This document shows positions 1 through 11,355 of a stretch of 34,684 bases of DNA, in pieces. The translations under genes and the position numbers were made by a program. The stretch's first letter is position 1; the number at the start of each line of letters is the position of its first letter. The notes under the pieces are model-generated. The model saw only the letters and a list, made by a program, of their open reading frames with translations. It was not told where the DNA came from and ran no database searches. This DNA comes from Spongospora subterranea f. sp. subterranea. Lineage: Eukaryota. Location of the stretch: positions 62,001 to 96,684 of the forward strand of contig JAUGWO010000014.1 in NCBI GenBank assembly GCA_049724395.1. Direction: 5' to 3'.

Positions 1-483
1 TGCAGTGCTGTATTCCCATCATTATCCGCTATTGTGGGATCGACATCTCTGTCCAATACCCCCTTAACTATCCAATTCCTACCAAATCAGTGTGATTGAT
101 CGGAGCTAATCAGTGTCAAACACAATTACGACCAACCGACGACTCTTAACAGCACAATGGAGAAGAGTGGAGCCATCACAGTACTGGTGGTTTACATCAA
201 TATTTTGATCATGGTCAATATGGATTGACTCAAGGTCAGGATGGTTTCGCTTGTGGTTTGAAAATCTGGTGAGAGATTGGCGAAACGCAGTTGATCCTGC
301 ATAGCCCAGCGAAATGGGATCCACTTTTCATCATCCGGTATTGTGGGATCAGCGCCATTCTCCAACAGAGTTTGAGCGATAACAACTCTGGAGATAAACC
401 AATATTGAATGTGCTCATCAGACCAAGAGAGTAAATTTTTACCAACCGGTTAAACATACTCCTGCTACCGCGAGAGCAGTGCG
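1..483 (-). pseudogene. Ankyrin-family copy 4: internal exons only, truncated at 483/484, runs off the window
   Basis: Reverse complement matches 14061-14541 (long-form exons 7-9 of copy 3). It has a 1-nt deletion versus copy 3 (atgatcaaaat vs atgatacaaaat) that shifts the frame. Homology stops abruptly at an LTR-like tgttagg at 484. Confidence 0.8.
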
Positions 484-608
484 TGTTAGGGGACGAGGAC
501 GGAGTAGGAAAGAGTCGAAGGCTGTGTGTATTAGCGACTAATAATTCGATCTGATTCCTTTGTGGTAACTTGTCTTGAGGGAATCAGATCGTCTAATGTG
601 TGTCACTG
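484..608. mobile_element. Probable LTR fragment interrupting ankyrin copy 4
   Basis: Begins TGTTA exactly at the homology breakpoint. Shares gtgtgtattagc with the copia LTR at 27418-27637. Like that LTR it contains a hairpin (cgatctgattcc 547-558 / ggaatcagatcg 580-591). Confidence 0.4.
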
Positions 609-612
609 TACA

Positions 613-1894
613 GACACTACCTATAGTGGGGTCCTGACATGTGGGGCCCTGACACTACCTATAGTGGGGTCCTGACATGTGGGGCCCTGACATGTGAGGC
701 CCTGACACTACCTATTGTGGGGTCCTGACATGTGGGGTCCTGACATGTGGGGCCCTGACACTACCTATTGTGGGGTCCTGACATGTGGGGTCCTGACATG
801 TGGGGCCCTGACACTACCTATTGTGGGGTCCTGACATGTGGGGTCCTGACATGTGGGGCCCTGACACTACCTATTGTGGGGTCCTGACATGTGGGGTCCT
901 GACATGTGGGGCCCTGACACTACCTATTGTGGGGTCCTGACATGTGGGGCCCTGACACTACCTATTGTGGGGTCCTGACATGTGGGGCCCTGACACTACC
1001 TATTGTGGGGTCCTGACATGTGGGGTCCTGACATGTGGGGCCCTGACACTACCTATTGTGGGGTCCTGACATGTGGGGCCCTGACACTACCTATAGTGGG
1101 GTCCTGACATGTGGGGCCCTGACATGTGAGGCCCTGACACTACCTATTGTGGGGTCCTGACATGTGGGGTCCTGACATGTGGGGCCCTGACACTACCTAT
1201 TGTGGGGTCCTGACATGTGGGGTCCTGACATGTGGGGCCCTGACACTACCTATTGTGGGGTCCTGACATGTGGGGTCCTGACATGTGGGGCCCTGACACT
1301 ACCTATTGTGGGGTCCTGACATGTGGGGTCCTGACATGTGGGGCCCTGACACTACCTATTGTGGGGTCCTGACATGTGGGGCCCTGACACTACCTATAGT
1401 GGGGTCCTGACATGTGGGGCCCTGACACTACCTATAGTGGGGTCCTGACATGTGGGGCCCTGACACTACCTATAGTGGGGTCCTGACATGTGGGGCCCTG
1501 ACACTACCTATAGTGGGGTCCTGACATGTGGGGCCCTGACACTACCTATAGTGGGGTCCTGACATGTGGGGCCCTGACACTACCTATTGTGGGGTCCTGA
1601 CATGTGGGCCCTGACACTACCTATAGTGGGGTCCTGACATGTGGGGCCCTGACACTACCTATAGTGGGGTCCTGACATGTGGGGCCCTGACACTACCTAT
1701 TGTGGGGTCCTGACATGTGGGGCCCTGACACTACCTATAGTGGGGTCCTGACATGTGGGGCCCTGACACTACCTATTGTGGGGTCCTGACATGTGGGGCC
1801 CTGACACTACCTATAGTGGGGTCCTGACATGTGGGGCCCTGACACTACCTATTGTGGGGTCCTGACATGTGGGGCCCTTACACTACCTATTGTG
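613..1894. repeat. Minisatellite, ~29 units of 38 or 53 bp
   Basis: Unit is gacactacctat(a/t)gtggggtcct (23 bp) plus one or two gacatgtg(g/a)gg(c/t)cct (15 bp). Block 651-953 recurs at 1083-1385. No unique spacers. Confidence 0.97.
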
Positions 1895-2060
1895 ACTGTA
1901 CTGCCATTGACTGAGCATGACTGAGGTTGATAAACAGTATCACAGACGCCCTATCACAGTCAATACCACGGAGTCCGTAGGGTTTTACGAGGAATACTTA
2001 TATCTCCGTGTTTGTCATCTCATCATCACTTTCCAATTTCCCTTGATGATGTCAAGTTTT

Positions 2061-4219
2061 ATGTTTTCGAAGTTCGTCATAATACTGGTGGTACTGAATG
2101 TTGGTGCCTCAACGTCCCCAGATTCGGATCGGATCAAGGCCTTTCATGAGGCACTTAAACACAGGTCGCAATAAGTGTATTGATGATGGGGTAAAATGTA
2201 ATTGACTAATCGGATTATCTAGTGATTTAACAGCTGCTTTGAAATGGGCTAATGAGATTGAGAAGGGGGATATAAGTTGTTGGTATGAAACCAGTGGTGT
2301 GTCGTGGGAGTGGAACGAATGGGTTGCGTAATAAGGTGTGTCAGATCCAATATTTCACTGATCAAATATCACAGAACCCAAGCTCGGTGTTTCGCACCAC
2401 CGCTCTCAATTTGGCACTTCTCTACGGCCAGTAATATCAAAATTGCCATTGGTTTTGATCCACATTTGATGTTATTACAATAGGGAGGATGTCGCCATGA
2501 TCCTATTAGACAGAGGGGCCGAAATATTTGTTGTCGATGGCTATGGGAATACTCCATTACATTTCGCCGTTCTTCATGACCTGTAATATATTGCCCATCA
2601 TGGGTCATCACCCATTATCTGACAACTTCTTAGTCCCAAAGCCGTCAGTAAGATCATGGACATCATGGGCGACAACAATATCATGGACATTATGGGCGAC
2701 AACAATATCATGAAACACGTCGAAATGTCGAAGCAGCAAATTATTGACCTGAAAAACAAGGCTGGGAAAGCGCCACTCCATATGGCAGTTTCCTATGAGT
2801 GGTTGGTCGTACTTAGTGTTAAGACCCTGATCCGCTGTCGATAATCGTGATTGATTTTCAGCCCAGCGGTGGTCAAAAAATTTCTGGATGAAGGCGCCAA
2901 TCCAAAGATCACTGATAATGAGGGAAATACAGCACTGCACCTGGCGATAGAGAAGGGGTTTTATACTGCTATAACATGTTAATGTCTCAAAGTGTCTGAT
3001 CTAGATCTCACAGGAGTCCAGACATTATTATTGAAATATTCAATGCGGCGAGGCCAAAAACTGGCGATATTCTGGTCCAGAATGAGATGACGGATCCCTC
3101 GACTGGAGAATTGGTTCCTGATGGCCTGTATATTGGGTACAAGTTTGTTATAATCATTGAAATCGCTGATGTAATCTCACAGGGACCGACGCGCCATCCG
3201 TCAGGCAACGCCTGATTTAATCAATTTCAGCAACCAAAAGGGGGAAACTGCTTTCTCTCTGGCAATTCGTTTTAAACAGTTGGGAACTGTTGCTGTCTGG
3301 CTTTGAACACGCCTCAATAATGGATTATGTTATTATCAGTTTTGATATCGCCCAGTTTCTGTTTGTGAACGGTGCCGATCCTTCTATACTGGATAATGAT
3401 TTGAGCACACCATTTCTAACCGATATTCCATCTGACCTGTACATCGCCCTAATCTCTTCACAAACTCAAATATTCACTGATGTGTTCACAGGTCGGACGA
3501 ACTCATCCTCTTAATCATTAAAAACTGTGATATCAGCCACGTGAACAGTGATGGGAACACTATTCTCCATAAGGCTCTTAAGTCTAATCGGTTGGCCGTA
3601 AATCGCATTGTCATGAAGCTATTGGATCAAGGCGCCGATCCCCTTTTTCCTGACGAGAATGGGAATACTGCACTGCACCTGGCAATATCACATAACCTGT
3701 ATTCTGCTTCCATCTGTTTATATCAAAGCGCTCATCTGATAAATATCTCACAGAATTCTTCCGACTATTTTCCATATAATCGATGCGGCAGGAATGCGTT
3801 CTTTGCGGCAGGATGAGATCATGGAACAATATGGGAGGTTTGGCGCATCGTTGATTCGTTTACTCATGTCAACTATCATCACGTACATCTAAAACATTAA
3901 AATCGCTGAATTGATCTCACAGGAAGATCCATAAATCATTCCATCCGTCGTGTTCTAAAATCGTCAACATTCAAAACCGTCAGGAAGAAACTGCTCTCCA
4001 TTTGGCAGTTGCAAAGACCAAGTTTGTCAAATCGTCGCTGGTCAACCTCTTTGTGCTAATCTGACTGTTTGTAGAAACTATATAGTTGAATACTTATTGT
4101 ACAAAGGCGCCAGCCGCACCATCACGGCTAATGGAGAGACAGCACTTGAGGTGGCAATGCGGATCATGAACGTGAACGATTCCTCAAAAGCCTCGAAGAT
4201 CGTCAAACTTTTACAGTAA
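2061..4219 (+). CDS. Putative secreted ankyrin-repeat protein, copy 1 (13 exons, ~498 aa)
   Basis: N-terminus MFSKFVIILVVLNVGAS is signal-peptide-like. Splicing at GT-AG introns equivalent to copy 3 gives an open frame with ankyrin motifs (GNTPLHFA, GKAPLHMA, GNTALHLA, ETALHLA) ending ...KIVKLLQ*. The model needs a shifted donor at 2958 because the ancestral GT is mutated. Confidence 0.75.
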
Positions 4220-4424
4220 TGAATTGATAAACTAGTGGCGTTCACTGCATTTGCTGCTCCTTTAGAGAGATTTCAGGCTGTTTTTGTCGATCAGCCGAAC
4301 TGGTTTAGTGACCACCTCGTGTTGGTAGATGATATTGGGATAGCAGTGCAATTGTGGATCATGAGAGGATCTCACATGTGGCGATATCTATCTTCTACAC
4401 AATATTAATAGGATCAGTACAAAT

Positions 4425-4783
4425 TGATTTATAGGTGAACAGGAGGTTTAGTGAAGTCGTTCATATAATACAAGCTGTGGCTGAGAGAGACTGAATGTGC
4501 AATGTTAAACAGACATCAAATTGCCCTCTTAACATGGCACATTCTTGGCAGAAACGACGCCGAGCTGGTTTCTAAATTTGACGGTTTGTGAATATATCAG
4601 CCACATCATCGTCTGTGGGGACATATCGAGGAGTGATGCTTTGTTGGTCAACATGATCGCGTACAAAATGCTTCCTGAGGTCTATGTGCTTCAGACGGCA
4701 ATGTTTAATACCGTCTTTCGCAAAGAGAATTGCGCCAGAGTTGTCGCAGTTCAACTGAGTCGGCTGATCTTGATCGAATCCAA
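4425..4783 (-). mobile_element. Ty1/copia 3' remnant (RNase H C-terminus, PPT, short LTR) carried in the duplication
   Basis: ORF 4572..4802 has CDNSGAI...KHIDLRKHFVRD...ADIFT, the copia RNase H signature. Mirror of 7480-7838. Confidence 0.85.
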
Positions 4784-5929
4784 AGGCTTTCGTGCCTGTC
4801 ATCTGATGCGAACATGCTGAATCAACCAGACACTCTTCGTTGATCGGAACGGAAGCCGGGTGTTCGCTACATTTTGTAAAGAAAAGTCGATGTAGTTTTC
4901 ACCTGCGGTTTTATTGATGGAAACCATGACCCGGTTCGTTGGTTTGAAAGTAGATACAGATTCGTCGTGAATTGTTTTGAGTGTCTTCCTTCGGTATTTT
5001 TTGTTTGCTGATGTCCTGTCATGGTTCTAGCAGATTCTTTTGCGGTTGCCCACTATAGCCTTAAAATACAGCCAGACCGCAATCCGGTGAATCATCAATT
5101 GTAAATTTGGTGACATTCGCAGTTCTGGTAATTGAAGGATTCGATTCACACAGATCTGAATCTGATGCATTTTCTGCGGTGGAATTTTCAGTGTCCGATT
5201 TACCATGGTCTGAATAAACATTGTCGCGAATATTTCCTGCCCTTGATTGGGCGACAAACGGATGAGCGTTGTTCAAATGCCACGTTTTTTGCATCGCCGT
5301 CCCCTCGACTGGTAATATCATAGGCCTTAAGGTTTGAAGTATTAAATCGCAACCGATCCAATGAAAGAACCGATGCCCCTTTTGACCTAAAATGGTTTAC
5401 TATGATCTCCAAATAAAGTTTGAACAATGAGAGAACATCGTTATCGAAACCACGATATCATCTCGGGCAAAGAAACCTCAACTTGTGGGGACTCGTTTGA
5501 GGCGAATAATCGTTGATGTGATTCATCAAAAGCGTCAACGTAATCGCCCATCCTTAGAAAATGTGACCATGACGTGTGGTGTCATATCCCTTCGTTTGAA
5601 GACCAGTGAAGATGTTCGAGCAAACTGATCCTTCGTCTGGGGTAGGCTGCACTTCCAGAGCTTTAAGGATCGAGACCAGAAGTTGTCTTAAGTCAGTAAT
5701 AGCTGTGATACGTTTTTGTTGTAATTGGGCTATCTTTAAATCAAGGCATTTCTTTTCTCTCTCGCTGAGGAAGTATAATCATTCAGAATACGCGATTCCA
5801 TAATCTAACGACTCTACCTGACCTCCCAACACGACTGCTCGCTCTAGGAGTTGAATTCTGCCCTAGACCTAAAGAACCTGCTGCGATGACGTACGCCCTG
5901 TGTCCCCCTATCCCGTTTTCTCATTCGGT

Positions 5930-6355
5930 CGACACTTCCATCAAACTGATTCTCTGTACTATCTTTGTTTGTGTTTTCGCGTCAATTCAACAAACAGCTG
6001 TACTGAGTTGGCAATATAGTTCAACGATCACTGGATGTTGATATTCATCTACCTGGATGGTGAGATGATTTTCCTCTATGATCCATTTAGTTCGGCAAGG
6101 GTTCAAGATAAGTTACAGGAGGTCAATATCTTGTGTAAACCGCCATGGTTTTTTGAAATTTTTCCTGACCGTGATTGGGAAACCGCAATGGCCCATGGTC
6201 CACTTCAATGGGACTCTGTCAACTGTGGGTTATTTATTTACAAAATGGCTGCTGCTCAGGCAGATCAGTCCATCGTGCCGGATGAATTGTCCAAGTCTGA
6301 ACTCGACCTCATTAGGAATTCAGTGTCTTTTCGAGTTAGTTCAATACATTCATGA
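5930..6355 (+). pseudogene. Ulp1/peptidase C48-like cysteine protease, C-terminal exons
   Basis: With an intron at 5966-6019 it reads KLILCTIF-FNDHWMLIFI..LYDPF..PLQWDSVNCGLFI, the H-D-Q-C catalytic order of clan CE/C48 proteases. No intact N-terminal part was found. Confidence 0.7.
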
Positions 6356-6719
6356 GCAATTGCTACGAATCCACTGTTAAGCTCGGAAAACTGATTATGA
6401 TTGGATATGACCGAATCACAAAACCGATACAACCTCTATGATGTCACGTGAACTTGTAAAAAATGCATTGGAATACATTTGCTCATGAATTTGATTGAGG
6501 ACGGATTCGGGAACTCGGACTAAATGACAATGGATCCTTATCAGGTTGAGTATCGAACGTCATTGAATTAATTCATAAAGACAATGGATCCTTATTCAAT
6601 TACGAAATTGAGACTGATTTGAACGAATACAATTCAAATGACGATGATGAAGAAATAAACAGCCTTACTCATAGACCCCAAATTCTGGAACAAGATCCCA
6701 ATCAGGACAAAGCTTAAAC

Positions 6720-7838
6720 GACGTCTCAGAACATCAGCCAAGTAACGCTCAAGGGGAACGAGAACTTGAATCTGACCAAGATTATCAGCCAAGTTATCAA
6801 AGTAACGAATGCCAAGAGCAATTACATCATGAGAGCTCGCCCATGATAACTAACGACCTCCAAGAGCAAATACTTCCTGAAGAACTCGCGAAGGCCTCGA
6901 CGCCCACCTGAACGATTTGGTGCTTTTGTCGCAATTGACTGGATTGATTCCGCCAAGGTTGCATGCGAGCTCCCAGAAGATGACATCTTGGCTCCAGTTA
7001 CCTTTAACCAAGCTATATCGTCGGATCACGCAGCATATTGGAAAAGGGAAATAGAGAGTGCAATTAGCTCTCTAGAAACCCACAACACTTGGACTCACCT
7101 AGCAGGAAATGAAATTCCACAATCAGTCAAACCGATTAAATCAAAGTTTATCTTCAAGGTGAAACGAGTGCATAACGAGGCAGATATTCCTGATGACGAC
7201 TCCTAGATAATCAAGAAGCGTTCTAGAGACAAAATCGTCAGATTTAAGGCAAGGCCGGTAATCCAAGGATTTTTCAGAAGAAAGGGATTTATTACCATAA
7301 ACGTACGCACCGGTCGTCCGAAACGATATCCTTCGTTTGCTCCTAGGGATGTTGGTGGAATTCCCAAAACTAAAGATTGAGCAGTTGGACGTTGCAACAG
7401 CCTTTCTGTACGGAAATCGACAAGAAAACAGATACGCAAGGTGACCTGTCGGAATTTCTGGAAGCTATTTTTCGAGAACTTGGATTCGATCAAGATCAGC
7501 CGACTCAGTTGAACTGCGACAACTCTGGCGCAATTCTCTTTGCGAAAGACGGTATTAAACATTGCCGTCTGAAGCACATAGACCTCAGGAAGCATTTTGT
7601 ACGCGATCATGTTGACCAACAAAGCATCACTCCTCGATATGTTCCCACAGACGATGATGTGGCTGATATATTCACAAACCGTCAAATTTAGAAACCAGCT
7701 CGGCGTCATTTCTGCCAAGAATGTGCCATGTTAAGAGGGCAAGTTGATGTCTGTTTAACATTGCACATTCAGTTTCTCTCAGCCACAGCTTGTATTATAT
7801 AAACGACTTCACTAAAACTCCTGTTCATCTATATATCA
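6720..7838 (+). mobile_element. Internally deleted Ty1/copia 3' portion (RT N-terminus, RNase H end, PPT, ~100-bp LTR)
   Basis: RPPERFG..PVTFNQAI..WKREI..LETHNTW..KPIKSKFIFKVK..RFKARPV, then a jump to RNase H KHIDLR..ADIFT. Purine tract aagagggcaa at ~7733. The 5' boundary is approximate. Confidence 0.85.
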
Positions 7839-10384
7839 ATTTGTACTGATCCTGTTAATATTGTGTATATCGCCACATGTGAGATCCTCTCATGATCCAC
7901 AATTGCACTGCTATCCCAATATCATCTATCAACACGAGGTGGTCACTAAACCAGTTCGGCTGATCGACAAAAACAGCCTGAAATCTCTCTAAAGGAGCAG
8001 CAAATGCAGTGATCGCCACTAGTTTATCAATTCATTACTGTAAAAGTTTGACGATCTTCGCGACAGTTGAGGAACCGTTCACTTTCATGATCTGCTCTGC
8101 CACCTCCAGTGCTGTCTCTCCATTAGCCGTGATGGTGCGGTTGGCGCCTATTTTCAATAAGTATTGAACTATGTAGTATCTACAAACAGTCAGATTAGCC
8201 CAAAGAGGTTGACCAGCGACGATTTGACAAACCTGGTCTTTGCAACTGCCAAATGGAGAGCAGTTTCCCCCTGACGGTTTTGAATGTTGACGATTTTATG
8301 ACACGACGGATGGAATGATTTAGAGATCTTCCTGTGAGATCAATTCAGCGATTTTGATGTTTTAGATGTACGTGATGATAGTTGACAGGCTTAAACGAAT
8401 CAATGATGCGCCAAAACCCCCATATTGTTCCATGATCTCATCCTGCCTCAAAGAACGCTTTCCTCCCGCTTCGATTATATGGAAAATAGTCGATGGAAAT
8501 CTGTGAGATATTTATCAGATGAGCGCTTTGATATAAACAGATGATAGCAGAATACAAGTTATGTGATATTGCCAGGTGCAGTGCAGTATTCCCATTCTTG
8601 TCAGCAAAAAGGGGATCGGCGCCTTGATTCAATAGCTCCGTGACAATGCGATTTACGGCCAACCGATTAGACTTAAGAGCCATATGGAGAATAGTGTTCC
8701 CATCACTGTTCACGTGGCTGATATCACAGTTTTTAATGATTAAGAGAATGAGTTCGTCCGACCTGTGAACACATCAGTGAATATTTGAGTTTGTGAAGAG
8801 ATTAGGTAAAAGTTTGACGATCTTCTCATTTGGGGAGATCAATGGAGATGTACAGGTCAGATGGAATATCGGTTAGAAATGGTGTGCTCAAATCATTATC
8901 CAGTATAGAAGGATCGGCATCGTTCACATACAGAAACTGGGCGATATCAAAACTGATCATAACATAATCCATTATTGAGGCGTGTTTGAAGCCAGACAGC
9001 AACAGTTCCCAACCGTTTAAAACGAATTGCCAGAGAGAAAGCAGTTTCCCCCTTTTGGTTGCTGAAATTGATTAAATCAGGCGTTGCCTGACGGATGACG
9101 CGTCCGTCCCTGTGAGATTACATCAGCGATTTCAATGATTATAACAAACTTGTACCCAATATACAGGCCATCAGGAACCAATTCTCCAGTCGAGGGATCC
9201 GTCATCTCATTCTGGACCAGAATCTCGCCAGTTTTTGGCCTCGCCGCATTGAATATTTCAATAATAATGTCTGGACTCCTGTGAGATCTCGATCAGACAC
9301 TTTGAGACATTAACATGTTATAGCAGTATAAAACCCCTTCTCTATCGCCAGGTGCAGTGCTGTATTTCCCTCATTATCAGTGATCTTTGGATTGGCGCCT
9401 TTATCCAGAAATTTTTTGACCACCGCTTGGCTGAAAATCAATCACGATTATCGACAGCGGATCAGGGTCTCAACACTAAGTACGACCAACCACTCATAGG
9501 AAACTGCCATATGGAGTGGCGCTTTCCCAGCCTTGTTTTTCAGGTCAATAATTTGCTGCTTCGACATTTCGACGTGTTTCATGATATTGTTGTCGCCCAT
9601 AATGTCCATGATATTGTTGTCGCCCATGATGTCCATGATCTTACTGGCGGCTTTAGGACTAAAAAGTTGTCAGATAATGGGTGATTACCCATGATGGGCA
9701 ATATATTACAGGTCATGAAGAACGGCGAAATGTAATGGAGTATTCCCATAGCCATCGACAACAAATATTTCGGCCCCTCTGTCTAATAGGATCATGGCGA
9801 CATCCTCCCTATTGTAATAACATTAAAGGTGGATCAAAACCAATGGCAATTTTGATATTACTGGCCGTAGAGAAGTGCCAAATTGAGAGCGGTGGTGCGA
9901 AACACCGAGCTTGGGTTCTGTGATATTTGATCAGTGAAATATTGATTACCCCCTTTGTTTCGGAAATGAGATCTGACACACCTTATTACGCAACCCATTC
10001 GTTCCACTCCCACGACACACCACTGGTTTCATACCAACAACTTATATCCCCCTTCTCAATCTCATTAGCCCATTTCAGAGCAGCTGTTGAATCACTAGAT
10101 AATCCGATTAGTCAATTACATTTTACCCCATCATCAATACACCTATTGCGACCTGTGTTTAAGTGCCTCATGAAAGGCCTTGATCCGATCCGAATCTGGG
10201 GACGTTGAGGCACCAACATTCAATACCACCAGTATTATGACGAACTTCGAAAACATAAAACTTGACATCATCAAGGGAAATTGGAAAGTGATGATGAAAT
10301 GACAAACACGGAGATACAAGTATTCCTCGTAAAACCCTACGGACTCCGTGGTATTGACCCGTGCTCAGTCAATGGCAGTACAGT
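7480..10384 (-). repeat. Right arm of inverted duplication (partner 1895-4783)
   Basis: Reverse complement of the left arm with scattered substitutions and small indels (~8806-8845, ~9945-9970, ~10358). Confidence 0.95.
8035..10256 (-). CDS. Putative secreted ankyrin-repeat protein, copy 2 (13 exons, ~498 aa)
   Basis: Same exon structure as copy 1 on the minus strand. The indels seen relative to copy 1 fall in introns. Exons inspected are open; stop at 8035-8037. Confidence 0.75.
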
Positions 10385-10492
10385 ACCAGTTGTCGACAGC
10401 TGAGAATGTCCGTAGCTGTCTGTTAGCTGGAGGCTGCGGTAAAATGCGTACAGTATAGGGTTTTACATTACGAGTACATTTCATTTTATTTT

Positions 10493-11355
10493 TTACAAAG
10501 AATCCAAAGATTCTATGTCGCCATAGGAAATTTCTTGAACTGCAGAAAGCTGTAAAGCAATCACTGAACTAGTGTGCGTTTTTTCGGACTTGATAATCCG
10601 TTTGTCAATCTTTGGTTCCATTTTTCTTGAAAAAGGAATCCGCAAAGTAAACACTTCCGGCTCTTTGTCTTGATAATATTGCACTATTGCAAGGGATTCA
10701 GGACATCTAAGGATATTTGCCACATTTGGGCGGACATAAAAAGCTGGATCACATTTTTTTTGCTGAAAGGTGACTATAAGAGAGCGACCGTTTGCCGCAA
10801 CAGTCGCCCCAATGGTGAAATTCGATACCATGCTTAGAAACACGGTAACTTTTACTCCTCCGGAAAACGATATTAAATCGTAAAGCCGCAGATCACACTC
10901 AAATCCTGCACGTCGGCAAAACTTGGGCGTGTTCGCAAACTCCTCTTCTTCGTCCGGGTTTATATTGGGAGGCGGGGAATTGGCAATTTCTGGCACTCGA
11001 CCCATAATCAACGGTTGCATGTGGTCGTCTTCCGCGTCACCTTCCGTGGCGTCACCGGTGATTGGCGACCATGGCTTCTGCTGAAAAAAGGCAATATTAG
11101 ACTAATCTACTATTGTGCAAGCTGTAAAACAAGTAAACGAATACCATTTTTTGATATGTTTTGTCGAGCTGTCCGTATCTTGCCACCCAGCATGCTCGAA
11201 TTCAGTAGCGCAAACAGCGGATCTTCTTTCTTGACGGCAGCCCCAGTGACTTTGAATCCATTGACGCCGTCACCAAGTTTCTTTAAAATTTGCGGAAGTC
11301 GCCGAGCGTGCTCGTTAGTAAAAACGGACACCCGGTTGCTGGCGCTCTTCACCAT
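10493..11355 (-). CDS. Transposon accessory protein: Myb/SANT-like N-terminus, acidic linker, beta-rich (possibly ACD/HSP20-like) C-terminus; probably two exons, possibly frameshifted
   Basis: Exon 1 FTNEHARRLPQILKKLG..F..KEDPLFALLNSSMLGGKIRTAR resembles a Myb repeat. Candidate intron 11081-11144 (gtattc...ctaat...ttttttcag). Exon 2 is open from 11080 to 10493, but the join is 1 nt out of phase next to an A6 tract. Confidence 0.55.

Larger units (their letters stand above)
1895..4783 (+). repeat. Left arm of ~2.9-kb inverted duplication (partner 7480-10384)
   Basis: Colinear reverse-complement match from actgtactgccattgactgagca to cttgatcgaatccaa. Mirror ORFs appear in the track (e.g. 2608..2940 - vs 9352..9684 +). 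Confidence 0.95.

Noticed and set aside
613..1894. CRISPR-like array or repetitive ORF
   Set aside because: No unique spacers, no cas genes, eukaryotic context; unit lengths 38/53 are not multiples of 3 and no ORF is present.
2369..2940. Antisense ORFs conserved among ankyrin copies (2369..2611, 2608..2940 and mirrors)
   Set aside because: Conservation follows from recent duplication; they are shadows of the ankyrin exons.
4784..5800. Short ORFs in the spacer (5027..5257, 5061..5321, 5606..5803)
   Set aside because: No recognisable motif and no consistent splice model; possibly a decayed gene but unsupported.
1895..10384. A single large transposon with 2.9-kb TIRs (foldback, Mutator or Polinton-like)
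   Set aside because: Arms consist of a host-type gene plus part of a copia remnant; no TSD and no transposase in the spacer. Better explained as an inverted segmental duplication.
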